Shown here piece after piece: positions 50,143 to 59,148 of a DNA stretch of 64,000 bases. Source of the DNA: Phycisphaerae bacterium (lineage in GTDB: Bacteria > Planctomycetota > Phycisphaerae > WQYP01); assembly GCA_035524355.1 (NCBI GenBank), contig DATKPA010000035.1, forward strand, positions 12,425-76,424, written 5' to 3'. Every line of letters begins with the position of its first letter. Within the stretch, counting starts at the first letter, position 1. The notes below the pieces were generated by a model. That model ran no database searches, was not told where the DNA came from, and saw nothing but the letters and a program-made list of their open reading frames with translations. A program made the translations under genes and the position numbers.

Positions 50143-51501
50143 ATGACCAGTTTGCTTGAACAAACGAATAGTTTTGTGAAGAGCTTCGAAACCACACCGG
50201 GGCACTCGCGTCCGTGGGTGAACGAGCTGCGCGAGAGCGGCATCGACGCGTTCCGCCGGCTTGGGTTTCCGACGACGAAGCAGGAAGAATGGCGCGACAC
50301 GAACGTTGCCACCGTGGCGAATACGACGTTCGCGCCCGCGCCGGTGGTGACCGGCCAGACGACCATTAATCTGTTCAACCAGTACACCTTCGGCAAGGAG
50401 GCCGCCGCCGAGCTCGTGTTCATCAACGGCCACTTTGATGCCCATCTGAGCACGGTCAGCGCGCTTCCAAGAGGGATTCGGGTGCAGAGCCTTGAACAGG
50501 CGTTCCAATCTGATGCCGTGATCCTCGAAAAGCATTTGGGGAAGCATGCGAAGATTTCGGAGCATCCGTTTGCCGCGCTGAATACGGGGTTTGTGCGTGA
50601 AGGGGCGTTTGTACACGTCGCGCGCGGGGCCACATGCGAGAAGCCGATTCACCTGCTGTTTTTGACGGTGGCGACGGGGCAGACGATCGCGAGTCATCCG
50701 CGCGTGCTGGTGATTGCAGAGGAGAACAGCGATTCGTCGATCGTGGAGACGTATGCGGGCACGAACGGGGCGATTTATCTGACGAATGCGGTCACGGAAA
50801 TCGTGCAGGAGAAGAATGCCCGCATCGATCACAACAAGCTGCAGCAGGAGGGGAGCGACGCGTATCACATTGCGCTGATGCAGGTGAATCTGGCGACTTC
50901 CAGCCTGTTTGTGAGTCACTCAACGAGCATTGGGAGCAAGCTGACGCGGAATGATCTGCATGTGTTCCTTGGCGGCGAACGTGCGGAAGCCACGCTGAAT
51001 GGCCTTGTGCTGGCGAAGGGCGAACAGCATATCGACAACCACACGCTGCTGCACCACGAGAAGGCACATTGTCCGAGCCATGAGCTGTACAAGCACGTGC
51101 TCGGGGATAATGCGACGGGGGTGTTCAAGGGGAAGATTTTTGTGCAGAAGGACGCGCAGAAGACGGACTCGAAGCAGACGAGCAAGTCGCTGCTTCTGAC
51201 GGATACGGCGTTCATGAATTCGCAGCCGGCGCTGGAGATTTATGCGGATGACGTGAAGTGCACGCACGGTTCGACGATTGGGCCGGTGGATGAGAATGCG
51301 GTGTTTTATTTGATTTCGCGCGGGTTGAGTTTGGCGCAGGCGCGGCATCTGATGACGTATGCGTTTGCGGCGGATATCACGCGGCGTATTCGGGTGGGGC
51401 CGGTGCGGGCGCGGATTGAGGATTTCATGGCGGCGCAGCATGGGTTGCCGCTGGATCTGCGGATTGCGGATGAGGCGCGGCATGATGTGGCGCTGCTGTG
51501 A
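50143..51501 (+). CDS. sufD: Fe-S cluster assembly protein SufD
   Basis: 'PTTKQEEWR', 'FAALN', 'FKGKIFV..DAQKTD', 'PALEIYADDVKCTHGSTIG'. Confidence 0.95.
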   Translation: MTSLLEQTNSFVKSFETTPGHSRPWVNELRESGIDAFRRLGFPTTKQEEWRDTNVATVANTTFAPAPVVTGQTTINLFNQYTFGKEAAAELVFINGHFDAHLSTVSALPRGIRVQSLEQAFQSDAVILEKHLGKHAKISEHPFAALNTGFVREGAFVHVARGATCEKPIHLLFLTVATGQTIASHPRVLVIAEENSDSSIVETYAGTNGAIYLTNAVTEIVQEKNARIDHNKLQQEGSDAYHIALMQVNLATSSLFVSHSTSIGSKLTRNDLHVFLGGERAEATLNGLVLAKGEQHIDNHTLLHHEKAHCPSHELYKHVLGDNATGVFKGKIFVQKDAQKTDSKQTSKSLLLTDTAFMNSQPALEIYADDVKCTHGSTIGPVDENAVFYLISRGLSLAQARHLMTYAFAADITRRIRVGPVRARIEDFMAAQHGLPLDLRIADEARHDVALL

Positions 51502-51534
51502 TCGAGCGCACATGATGGGTGCGCGGTAAGTCAC

Positions 51535-51568
51535 CACAGAGTCACAGAGGACACAGAGACGCACAGAG
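51535..51568 (+). repeat. Short direct repeat CACAGAG x4
   Basis: CACAGAG at 51535, 51543, 51552 and 51562. Confidence 0.8.
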
Positions 51569-51580
51569 ATTTGGAATTGG

Positions 51581-51613
51581 AAAGGGGCGATCAGGTGCCT
51601 GATCGCCCCTTTT
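51581..51613. terminator. Bidirectional terminator after sufD / GT41
   Basis: AAAGGGGCGATCAGG-TG-CCTGATCGCCCCTTTT followed by a T-run. Confidence 0.85.
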
Positions 51614-51643
51614 GTTTTTTTTGCGGTACGGCCTGCGGGCCTT

Positions 51644-51666
51644 CATGGGCGGGACGCCCATGCCAC
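51644..51666 (-). repeat. REP-like palindrome, family C (single copy in window)
   Basis: On the minus strand: GTGG-CATGGGCG-TCC-CGCCCATG (tetranucleotide foot plus GC hairpin). Confidence 0.45.
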
Positions 51667-51675
51667 AATGCCACG

Positions 51676-53466
51676 TTACCCGATATAGATGGGGTCGCGT
51701 TTGCCTTCTTTTTTTAGCTGGTCGTGGTTGGCGATGAGGTAGTCGATGGTTTGGAGGAAGTATTTGGCGGGTTCGGTGCTGTAGATGGTGGCATCGAGAT
51801 CGACGGGGAGGAGGCGGTTGTGGATTTCGGCGCGGTAGGCGTCGTCGTGGATCATGCGGTCGGCGAGGTTGAGGTATTCGTCTTCAGTGGTGGCGGTGCA
51901 TTCCTTCATGCCGACGAGGCGGAGCATTTCCGGGCCGATGCGGTTGTACCACTTGGTGCCTTCCCAGGAGATGGTGGGCAGCCGGAGCCAGAGGGAGTCG
52001 GAGATGGTGTTGCAGCCGCCGAAGTGGAAGGAGTCCATGGAGAAGTGGCCTTCCTCCATGAGGTTCATATAGCGTTCGTAATCGAGCTGTGGGAGGACTT
52101 CGACATGCTTTTCGCCGAGCTGTGCCCGGAGGTCGCGGACGAAGGGGATGTGGTCGTTTGCGCGGGCGGTGGAGTAGCCGATGAAGAGGCGGAAGACGAT
52201 GGGGCGTTTCGAGCGTTCGATGAGCTTCTTGAGCGTGAGGACGAAGGGGTAGTTGACCTTCTGGGTGTTCCAGGAGCAGTTGATGATGATGCGTCCGTCG
52301 TCCTTGGGTTTGCCGCCGATGGCTTTGTAGGTCGGTTTGTTGTGAATGACGCCCATGCCGGGGATGAGGACGAGGCGTTCGGAGTAGTTGACTTCGGGGT
52401 TTTCGGGGAGTTCGACGTCTTTGCCGCTGACGTAGTAATCCATGTCGGCGCCCCAGGTGCTGACGGAGTGGCCGGGCCAGCAGAGCTGGATGGGGGCGAT
52501 GCGGCGATTGGCGAGGAGGATGCTTTCCATGCACATGCCGACGTCGGGGTAGATGACGACCTGGTAGTCGTTGTCGCCGAGCTTGGACATGTTGGGCTGG
52601 CCGGTGGGGAGCGTGTTGACGACGTAGGTTTCGTCGAAGAGGCTGGTTTCCTGCGGGGCGTACTGGCCGAGCTCGAAGAACGTGAGGTGGTATTTTTCCT
52701 TGAGCGCCTTGAGGTAGTGATAATAGTTGCGGTAGACGGAATGTCCGGATTTCCAGTTCGCGCAGAGGACGGCGATCTTTTTTGGGTTCGGCCGGCTGAC
52801 GATGCGCGGCAGCATCTTCTCATAGCGCTGGATCGAGGCGTTCACGTGGGTCTTGATTTTCGTGTCGACTTTGCCGTCGATGTAGGTGGCGCCGAAGAAG
52901 ACTTCCTGCACATCCTGCGGGATGAAGAGGTTGGGGTGGCTGAACTCGAAGTGCTCCTTGAGGTTGTTCCATTCGAGCTCATTGAGGGTGGCGCTGTAGA
53001 AGATGCTGGCGTACTGGAGGTACCAGCGGGAGGCGATTTCGGGGGCGAGGTCGAAGAGGGCCTTGCGGTCGAACTTCACGGTGTTGCGGGCGTTGTAGAG
53101 CGTGAGCACCTGGACGAAATTGGCGGTCTGATCGCGCAGGATTTCGAGCCAGGGGTCGGTGTTCTTGAAGGAGGAGATGGAGACGAGGTTGCAGATGGTG
53201 CGGTTCATGTCGACGAAGTGGACGATGAAGCGTTCCGGGACGCGGAAGTCCGGCTGCGTGAAGATGAAGAGGAAGTTCTTCAGGAAGGAGTTGATGAAGT
53301 AGCGGCCCGGGCCGTCGAGCTGCTGCATCGTCTGGATTCGAAAATACTGCAGCACGTTGAGCATCTGCTCGCACATTTCCTCGGTGCGGCCGGCGCGGTA
53401 AAGATCGATGAGTGCCTGGGAATTGAACGTCGGAGGCGGGAGTGGCGCGGGTGCAGGCCGTGTCAT
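51676..53466 (-). CDS. GT41 family (HMW1C/SPINDLY-like) protein glycosyltransferase without TPRs
   Basis: 'HSVYR', 'YPDVGM', 'RIAPIQ..WPGHSVST', 'YSERLV', 'DSFHFGGCNT', 'LPTISWEG'. Confidence 0.8.
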   Translation of the reverse strand: MTRPAPAPLPPPTFNSQALIDLYRAGRTEEMCEQMLNVLQYFRIQTMQQLDGPGRYFINSFLKNFLFIFTQPDFRVPERFIVHFVDMNRTICNLVSISSFKNTDPWLEILRDQTANFVQVLTLYNARNTVKFDRKALFDLAPEIASRWYLQYASIFYSATLNELEWNNLKEHFEFSHPNLFIPQDVQEVFFGATYIDGKVDTKIKTHVNASIQRYEKMLPRIVSRPNPKKIAVLCANWKSGHSVYRNYYHYLKALKEKYHLTFFELGQYAPQETSLFDETYVVNTLPTGQPNMSKLGDNDYQVVIYPDVGMCMESILLANRRIAPIQLCWPGHSVSTWGADMDYYVSGKDVELPENPEVNYSERLVLIPGMGVIHNKPTYKAIGGKPKDDGRIIINCSWNTQKVNYPFVLTLKKLIERSKRPIVFRLFIGYSTARANDHIPFVRDLRAQLGEKHVEVLPQLDYERYMNLMEEGHFSMDSFHFGGCNTISDSLWLRLPTISWEGTKWYNRIGPEMLRLVGMKECTATTEDEYLNLADRMIHDDAYRAEIHNRLLPVDLDATIYSTEPAKYFLQTIDYLIANHDQLKKEGKRDPIYIG

Positions 53467-53659
53467 ACGTCAAAACCTCTCAGGGGAAACTGAAATAGGG
53501 ATGTGTACGGACCGCTAAGTATACCGGCGATCGCGCGGCGGCCAAGCGTTTCAATATTACCGGGCGTTGGGCGTTGGCCGGGGCGAACGCCGCTTGCGGG
53601 AGACCCGTCATCGGAAGGCGGATTAGTCGCAAGCGTCGCGGAAGGCTACAATCATGATC

Positions 53660-55450
53660 ATGACGCTGCAGGCTGAAAACCGCATGGGCACCTCGTCCCC
53701 GGTGAAACTCCACTGGGATGTGGATCGCATTCGCGCCGACTTCCCCATCCTCTCGACCACCGTTTCACGTCCCTCCCCCCCCCCCACACACACGCCCAGG
53801 CCGCTGGTGTACCTGGACAATGCGGCGACGACGCAGAAACCGCGTGCGGTCATCGATGCGATCGTCCGGTATTACGAATCTCAGAACGCGAACATCCACC
53901 GCGGGGTTTACCAGCTCAGTCAGACGGCGACATCCGCCTATGAGGGCGTGCGCGAGAAAGTGCGGTCGTTCGTGAACGCCCGTGAGAGTGCCGAGATCAT
54001 TTTTACTCGCGGGACGACGGAGGGGATCAACCTTGTCGCGAGCAGTTGGGGCCGCACGAACCTCCGGGCAGGAGATGAGGTGGTCGTCAGCCACCTTGAG
54101 CATCACTCGGACATTGTTCCGTGGCAGATGGTCTGCGAGGCGACGGGCGCGACGCTGAAGGTCATTCCGATTAATGACAGGGGGGAACTCGTTCTGGAGG
54201 AGCTTCAGCGCTTTCTTGCGGGCGGGCATGTGAAGATCATCGCGGTGAATCATGTGAGCAATTCTCTGGGGACGATCAATCCTGTTGGCGAGATCTCCCG
54301 CATGGCGCACGCTGCGGGGGCCCGCGTTCTGATCGATGGCGCGCAGTGGGTCGCGCACGGGAAAACCGACGTGCAGGCCCTGGACGCGGACTTTTACGTC
54401 TTCAGCGGGCACAAGCTGATCGGGCCAACCGGCATTGGCGTTCTTTACGGGAAGCGCGAACTGCTCGATGCGATGCCGCCCTACCAGGGCGGCGGCGACA
54501 TGATTGCGTCGGTCACTTTCCCCAGGACGGAGTACGCTGCGCTTCCGAACAAATTCGAAGCAGGCACGCCGGATATTGCGGGTGTCGTCGGTCTGGGCGC
54601 GGCCATCGATTACATCAACGCGCTCGGGCTTGATCAGATCGGGAGCTATGAGCACGCGCTTCTCACGTACGCCACTGAGAAGTTAAGTGGCGTACCCGGG
54701 CTGAAGATCATCGGCACCGCCGCGAAGAAGGCCGCAGTTGTTTCCTTCATCATGGAAGGACATTCGACGCTCGACATTGGAATGAAGCTCGATCAGGAAG
54801 GCATCTGCGTGCGCACCGGCCACCATTGCTGCCAGCCGGTGATGGAGCGGTTCCAGATTGGGTCCACGGCGCGGGCCTCATTTGCGTTCTACAACACGCG
54901 AGAGGAGATCGACGCGCTCGTGGCCGCCCTGCACAAGATAGCAGGCTCCAAATCGGCTACGCGGGACTTCGCTCCGCACGCCGCCCCCGCCACGGTTGAA
55001 TATCCGAAAGCCACGGCGCCATCGCCCCGTGCTGCGGCCGCAAAACTCGCCGAAGACTTCGAGCTCCTTGGCGAACGCGACGCGCGTAATGAATACGTCC
55101 TGGACCTCGCGGATCGCCTTCCGCACACCTTCGACCTGCTCAAAAAAGTCACGCCGCGCGTGCAGGGGTGCATGAGCCAGGTGCATCTGCTGGCCCGCAG
55201 ACAGCCGGGCTCCACCGACATTGTTGAATTCGTCGCCGACGCCGATGCCGACATCGTCCGCGGCCTGATTGCCGTGCTGCAACGCATCTACTCCGGCCAG
55301 CACGCCAAGGACATCCTCGGCTTCAACATCGAGGAATTCTTCAACCGCATCGGACTCGACGGCTTCATTACGTCGCAGCGACGCAACGGCCTGGCCGGCA
55401 TGGTTGCAAGAATCCGTGAGCGCGCAAAGGAAATCGCCGACGGCAAATAA
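53660..55450 (+). CDS. sufS: SufS cysteine desulfurase fused to C-terminal SufE
   Basis: 'YLDNAATTQKP', PLP-lysine 'SGHKLIGPTG', 'RTGHHCCQP'; SufE part 'VQGCMSQV...ADADIVRGLIAVL...ITSQRRNGL'. Start 53660 is inferred from TACAAT-N7-ATG (alternatives 53654, 53684). Confidence 0.93.
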   Translation: MTLQAENRMGTSSPVKLHWDVDRIRADFPILSTTVSRPSPPPTHTPRPLVYLDNAATTQKPRAVIDAIVRYYESQNANIHRGVYQLSQTATSAYEGVREKVRSFVNARESAEIIFTRGTTEGINLVASSWGRTNLRAGDEVVVSHLEHHSDIVPWQMVCEATGATLKVIPINDRGELVLEELQRFLAGGHVKIIAVNHVSNSLGTINPVGEISRMAHAAGARVLIDGAQWVAHGKTDVQALDADFYVFSGHKLIGPTGIGVLYGKRELLDAMPPYQGGGDMIASVTFPRTEYAALPNKFEAGTPDIAGVVGLGAAIDYINALGLDQIGSYEHALLTYATEKLSGVPGLKIIGTAAKKAAVVSFIMEGHSTLDIGMKLDQEGICVRTGHHCCQPVMERFQIGSTARASFAFYNTREEIDALVAALHKIAGSKSATRDFAPHAAPATVEYPKATAPSPRAAAAKLAEDFELLGERDARNEYVLDLADRLPHTFDLLKKVTPRVQGCMSQVHLLARRQPGSTDIVEFVADADADIVRGLIAVLQRIYSGQHAKDILGFNIEEFFNRIGLDGFITSQRRNGLAGMVARIRERAKEIADGK

Positions 55451-55466
55451 CTGCGGCAAACAACCG

Positions 55467-55928
55467 ATGACCGACTCTTCCAGGAAGCTCTCGCTGCACC
55501 AGGCCCAGACCGCCGAAGACCACGCCGCCCGCATCATGCGGGAGAAAATTGGCGATGTGCGCGAACTGGCCAAGGCCCCCGCGCCTTCAACGCCCATTGC
55601 TGAAGGCATCTCCGCTCCGGATCAGCGGGCGCTTCACGACAAGATTGTCGCCGCTCTGCAAACCGTGTTCGACCCGGAAATTCCGCTCAACATTTACGAC
55701 CTCGGCCTGATCTACAAACTCGCCATCGATCCGGCCAACGCCGTCAAGGTGCAAATGACGCTCACCGCCCCCGGCTGCCCGGTGGCGGGTTCCATTCTTG
55801 CCGAAGTGAAACGCAAGGTTGAAGCGATTCCCGAGGTGCCGAAGGTCGATGTCGAACTGGTCTGGGATCCCCCCTGGACGCGCGATCGGCTTACGGAAGC
55901 GGCTCGTCTGGAACTCGGATTATTCTGA
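55467..55928 (+). CDS. sufT: SufT / DUF59 (MIP18) Fe-S maturation protein
   Basis: 'LQTVFDPEIPLNIYDLGLIY', 'MTLTAPGCPVA', 'LVWDPPWT'. Confidence 0.9.
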   Translation: MTDSSRKLSLHQAQTAEDHAARIMREKIGDVRELAKAPAPSTPIAEGISAPDQRALHDKIVAALQTVFDPEIPLNIYDLGLIYKLAIDPANAVKVQMTLTAPGCPVAGSILAEVKRKVEAIPEVPKVDVELVWDPPWTRDRLTEAARLELGLF

Positions 55929-56519
55929 TTGCGTCGCCGGCGCCGGCCCTGGCGGAGGCACCGGCACTCCACCGGATTTGAACATCGGTGGAGGCGGCGG
56001 GGGCAGCGGCACGGGTTGCGACGGCATCGTCGCGGCACGCTCCGACACGCCCGGCGTCAACGGCACCTTCCGCTTCGCCGCTTCTGAAATCAGATATCCC
56101 GCGGGAATCGTCTCCGGCCCCGGCTCCCGTGAAATCCCGACACGAATCGTCACCTCTGGAAGCGCATAAGGCTGCACATACCCCGGATCGTACCCATATC
56201 CCCAATACGCATGCCGCCCACGTCCGTAATACACTGCCCCGTAATTCCCAGGATAATAGTAGCTCCCGTAATCCAGATACACTTGCTGGTCCAGAATCTC
56301 GAAGTACGGATCATTCCGCAGCACCGCCAGCTCCGCCGACCGCACCAGGCAATACCACCGCGCTTCTCCCACCGGCATGTCCGCATCACCCGTGAATGTC
56401 ACTTCATAGGAATTCGGCCCGATCGGCACGTCCGTATAACCCACCCCGCCGGTCAAGGGATGATACACATTGCATCCCGCCAGAATCAGCGAAGTCAGAA
56501 GCAGCAGTCGCTTGAACAT
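55920..56519 (-). CDS. CC0125/CC1285-like lipoprotein
   Basis: Lipobox LAGC; 'GYTDVPIGPNSYEVTFTG...YCLVRSAELA...YFEI'; Pro-rich tail. Confidence 0.65.
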   Translation of the reverse strand: MFKRLLLLTSLILAGCNVYHPLTGGVGYTDVPIGPNSYEVTFTGDADMPVGEARWYCLVRSAELAVLRNDPYFEILDQQVYLDYGSYYYPGNYGAVYYGRGRHAYWGYGYDPGYVQPYALPEVTIRVGISREPGPETIPAGYLISEAAKRKVPLTPGVSERAATMPSQPVPLPPPPPPMFKSGGVPVPPPGPAPATQSE

Positions 56520-56579
56520 AGTCACCCCCGGAAGGAACAACATCATCGTAGAGCGCCCTTCGCCGTGAAGCGAGCGCCA

Positions 56580-57047
56580 TCACAGCTTCGCCACCTGCCG
56601 GAGCGCCTCGTAAAGCACAATTCCCGCTGCCGTCGACACATTGAGCCCGCGAGAATTCTCAGCCATGGGAATCCTCACCACCCGCTCCCGATGCCGCTCC
56701 AACAACTCCGCGGGCAGCCCCGCCGATTCCTTGCCGAAAAAGATCCACGCGTTGGGCTCGAACCCCGCCGACCAGTGCGCCGGCCCATCCAGCCCGGACG
56801 TGAGCCAAATCGGCTCCGTCCCGATCCGCCCCATCAGCGCCGCGAGATCATCATGCACCGTCATCGCCACATGCTGCAGATAATCCATCCCCGCCCGCTT
56901 GAAATGCCTGTCCGAGAGGAAGAATCCCAGCGGCCGCACCAGGTGCAGCTCCGCCCCCGTCGCCGCGCACAGTCGGGCGATGTTCCCCGTATTCTGCGGA
57001 ATTTCCGGTTCCACAAGAACAATCCTGAGATGGTGCGACGCAAGCAT
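56580..57047 (-). CDS. trmL: tRNA (cytidine/uridine-34-2'-O)-methyltransferase TrmL
   Basis: 'IVLVEPEIPQNTGNIARLC', 'RAGMDY', 'FGKESAGLP', 'RGLNVS'. Confidence 0.93.
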   Translation of the reverse strand: MLASHHLRIVLVEPEIPQNTGNIARLCAATGAELHLVRPLGFFLSDRHFKRAGMDYLQHVAMTVHDDLAALMGRIGTEPIWLTSGLDGPAHWSAGFEPNAWIFFGKESAGLPAELLERHRERVVRIPMAENSRGLNVSTAAGIVLYEALRQVAKL

Positions 57048-57054
57048 GGCTGAA

Positions 57055-59043
57055 TTATCGCTCATTGCGCGGGACAGTCGTTTCGCGGTCATCCTTCTTG
57101 CGGGCTTCGTTCTCCTGTTCGTTTGCATCCGGATCCGGCGGGGTCGGCGGGGCCTTCTGCGACACCACCAGTGTCCGCGCAAACAAATCCCCCAGCCGCT
57201 GCCGCTGCTGCGACATGAAAATGTAAATGATCAGAATCCCGGACAGCAGCTCCGGCACCCGCACCAGGTTCCGAAGCAACACCGCCGCCACCGTCGGGGA
57301 TCGCCCATCAATCATCAGCACCTGCATTCCCAGAATCGCCTTCCCGATCGATCGGCGGAAGAACAGCTCCCCGATCGTCACGTGCAGGAGATACGCCCCC
57401 AGCACATACATCAGCAGCGGCGCGTTCAGCAGTTCCTCCGGACTCGCCAACGCCGCAAACCATGTCGCAAACATGCCGGTGAAGGCCCCCGTATCGAACA
57501 TTCCCATCACCGCGCTCACCACGATCAACGGTATCCCCAGGTCAATCCCGAACCCGAACGCCCGCATGTGCAGCGGCGCCACCTCCAGGTCCGACGGCAG
57601 CTTGGGCGTCATCGGCTGTTGCCGCCATTGCCACAATGACAGGAACAGCACCAGAATCATTATCACCATGGCGATGTTCTGTACGATCTCCACCTGGTGT
57701 TGCGGCGTCCGCGCCTCCACGAGCGTCGGCTGCGTCACCGCCCGCCCGCGCTGGTCGAAAATCTGGCACATCAGCGCGTGGTCCTTCGACGTGCTGATCA
57801 CCGCCAGCGAATTCTCCGCCGGCCCCACCACGATGTTCGCCGGCGACTCATCCGGCGCCGGCTGTCCGAGCGACAACGGCGGCAGAAAATTCCGCGGCGG
57901 CAGCGTCAAATCCGCCGCCGACGTCGGTTCCGTCATCATCCACCCGCCCCGCAGCACCACTTCCTGCGGCGAAATCACCGGCCAGACCACGTACAGCGTC
58001 TGATCGAGCAGCGCCGTCATCAGCCGCGTGCTGGGGGGCAACGGTTCTTCCAGCCGCGACATGACCCCCTTCGACCACTCCGCATTCGGCTTGGTCACAT
58101 CCAGCGAGCGCGCCACCAGCGTCGACGCCGCCGCCGGATCCACCCACATGACAATCAGCCGACCGCCGACGACGCCCGCCGCCACGAACGCGCGATCCCC
58201 CGGCACTTCGTCGGTCGAGATTTTCGAAGGCGCTCCAAGGGGCGGAAGCACCGTCCAATGCCCCGCACAGTACGCGTACGCATTGACCAGCACGGGCCCG
58301 GGCACAGGCTGCGTTGCGGCCGACGGCGCGGTCGCGGCCGCAGTCGCCGGCCGCGTGCTCAGCGTATACGGATTGTCGAATGGATTCTCCACGCCCGGCA
58401 ATGTCGTGGACGGCGACCGCATCTTCATCGGTTCCGGCATCAGCCGATCCCCCGGCTTCTTCGCATCCCACGGCTGTGCGCCAAGCGTCACCGTAAAAAT
58501 CTGCTGCGACGAGGCCGCCGTTGCCAGAAGCGTGTGATCCCGGGGCAGACACGCCCGCGGATCGTGGCTGTCGAGCGTAAATCGCGTGAAAGCGCCCGGC
58601 GCAAGCACGTATGCGGCCGGGGGAGAACTCGCATTATCCAGCGTGCTCGCCGCCAGCCCCTGGGCGGAACCTCGGGCATACGACACGCCATCGATCTGAC
58701 AAAGAGACCACACCCCCGAATTGCTCGACCGCTGCAGCAGTCGATACGCCGGACTGTTGTCGACGACCAGCGGGCAGATCACCCAAATATTCTTCGCATC
58801 CCCGGCGGCGAGCAGCTCAGGCGCTTCGGTGCCGTTCGGTGCGTTCGTCGCGGGGGCGCTCGCCGGCGGCGGGATCAGCCGCGTTGCCGACGTGGAAGCC
58901 TCCGTCGTCGCCTGCGATGCCGCGGCACCACCTCCCTGCGTTTCCACCTGCGTCCGGAGCGAAATGATCAGAAAGAGAATGAACGGTGCAAGCAGAGCGG
59001 CGAACAGGATCGCCGTCCATGTGCTGCGGTTGTAATTTGCCAT
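57055..59043 (-). CDS. Membrane protein with large periplasmic domain and C-terminal RDD domain
   Basis: N-terminal TM; 'APLHMRAFGFGIDL', 'SIGKAILGMQV', 'QRLGDLFARTLVV'. Confidence 0.8.
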   Translation of the reverse strand: MANYNRSTWTAILFAALLAPFILFLIISLRTQVETQGGGAAASQATTEASTSATRLIPPPASAPATNAPNGTEAPELLAAGDAKNIWVICPLVVDNSPAYRLLQRSSNSGVWSLCQIDGVSYARGSAQGLAASTLDNASSPPAAYVLAPGAFTRFTLDSHDPRACLPRDHTLLATAASSQQIFTVTLGAQPWDAKKPGDRLMPEPMKMRSPSTTLPGVENPFDNPYTLSTRPATAAATAPSAATQPVPGPVLVNAYAYCAGHWTVLPPLGAPSKISTDEVPGDRAFVAAGVVGGRLIVMWVDPAAASTLVARSLDVTKPNAEWSKGVMSRLEEPLPPSTRLMTALLDQTLYVVWPVISPQEVVLRGGWMMTEPTSAADLTLPPRNFLPPLSLGQPAPDESPANIVVGPAENSLAVISTSKDHALMCQIFDQRGRAVTQPTLVEARTPQHQVEIVQNIAMVIMILVLFLSLWQWRQQPMTPKLPSDLEVAPLHMRAFGFGIDLGIPLIVVSAVMGMFDTGAFTGMFATWFAALASPEELLNAPLLMYVLGAYLLHVTIGELFFRRSIGKAILGMQVLMIDGRSPTVAAVLLRNLVRVPELLSGILIIYIFMSQQRQRLGDLFARTLVVSQKAPPTPPDPDANEQENEARKKDDRETTVPRNER

Positions 59044-59148
59044 GCGGGGTATTGTAGCGGCGACGGTGCGCGGCGAAAGCGAACTTCCATCGTTCTCCTT
59101 CGTATTACTCCTGTCGCCCCGCTCGTCCTTTGTGGTAAAGTTCCCGCC

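Noticed and set aside
57697-59148. Apparent 795-aa ORF 57697-60084
   Set aside because: Only the last 311 aa (from ATG 59149) are the epimerase; the rest is antisense to the RDD gene.
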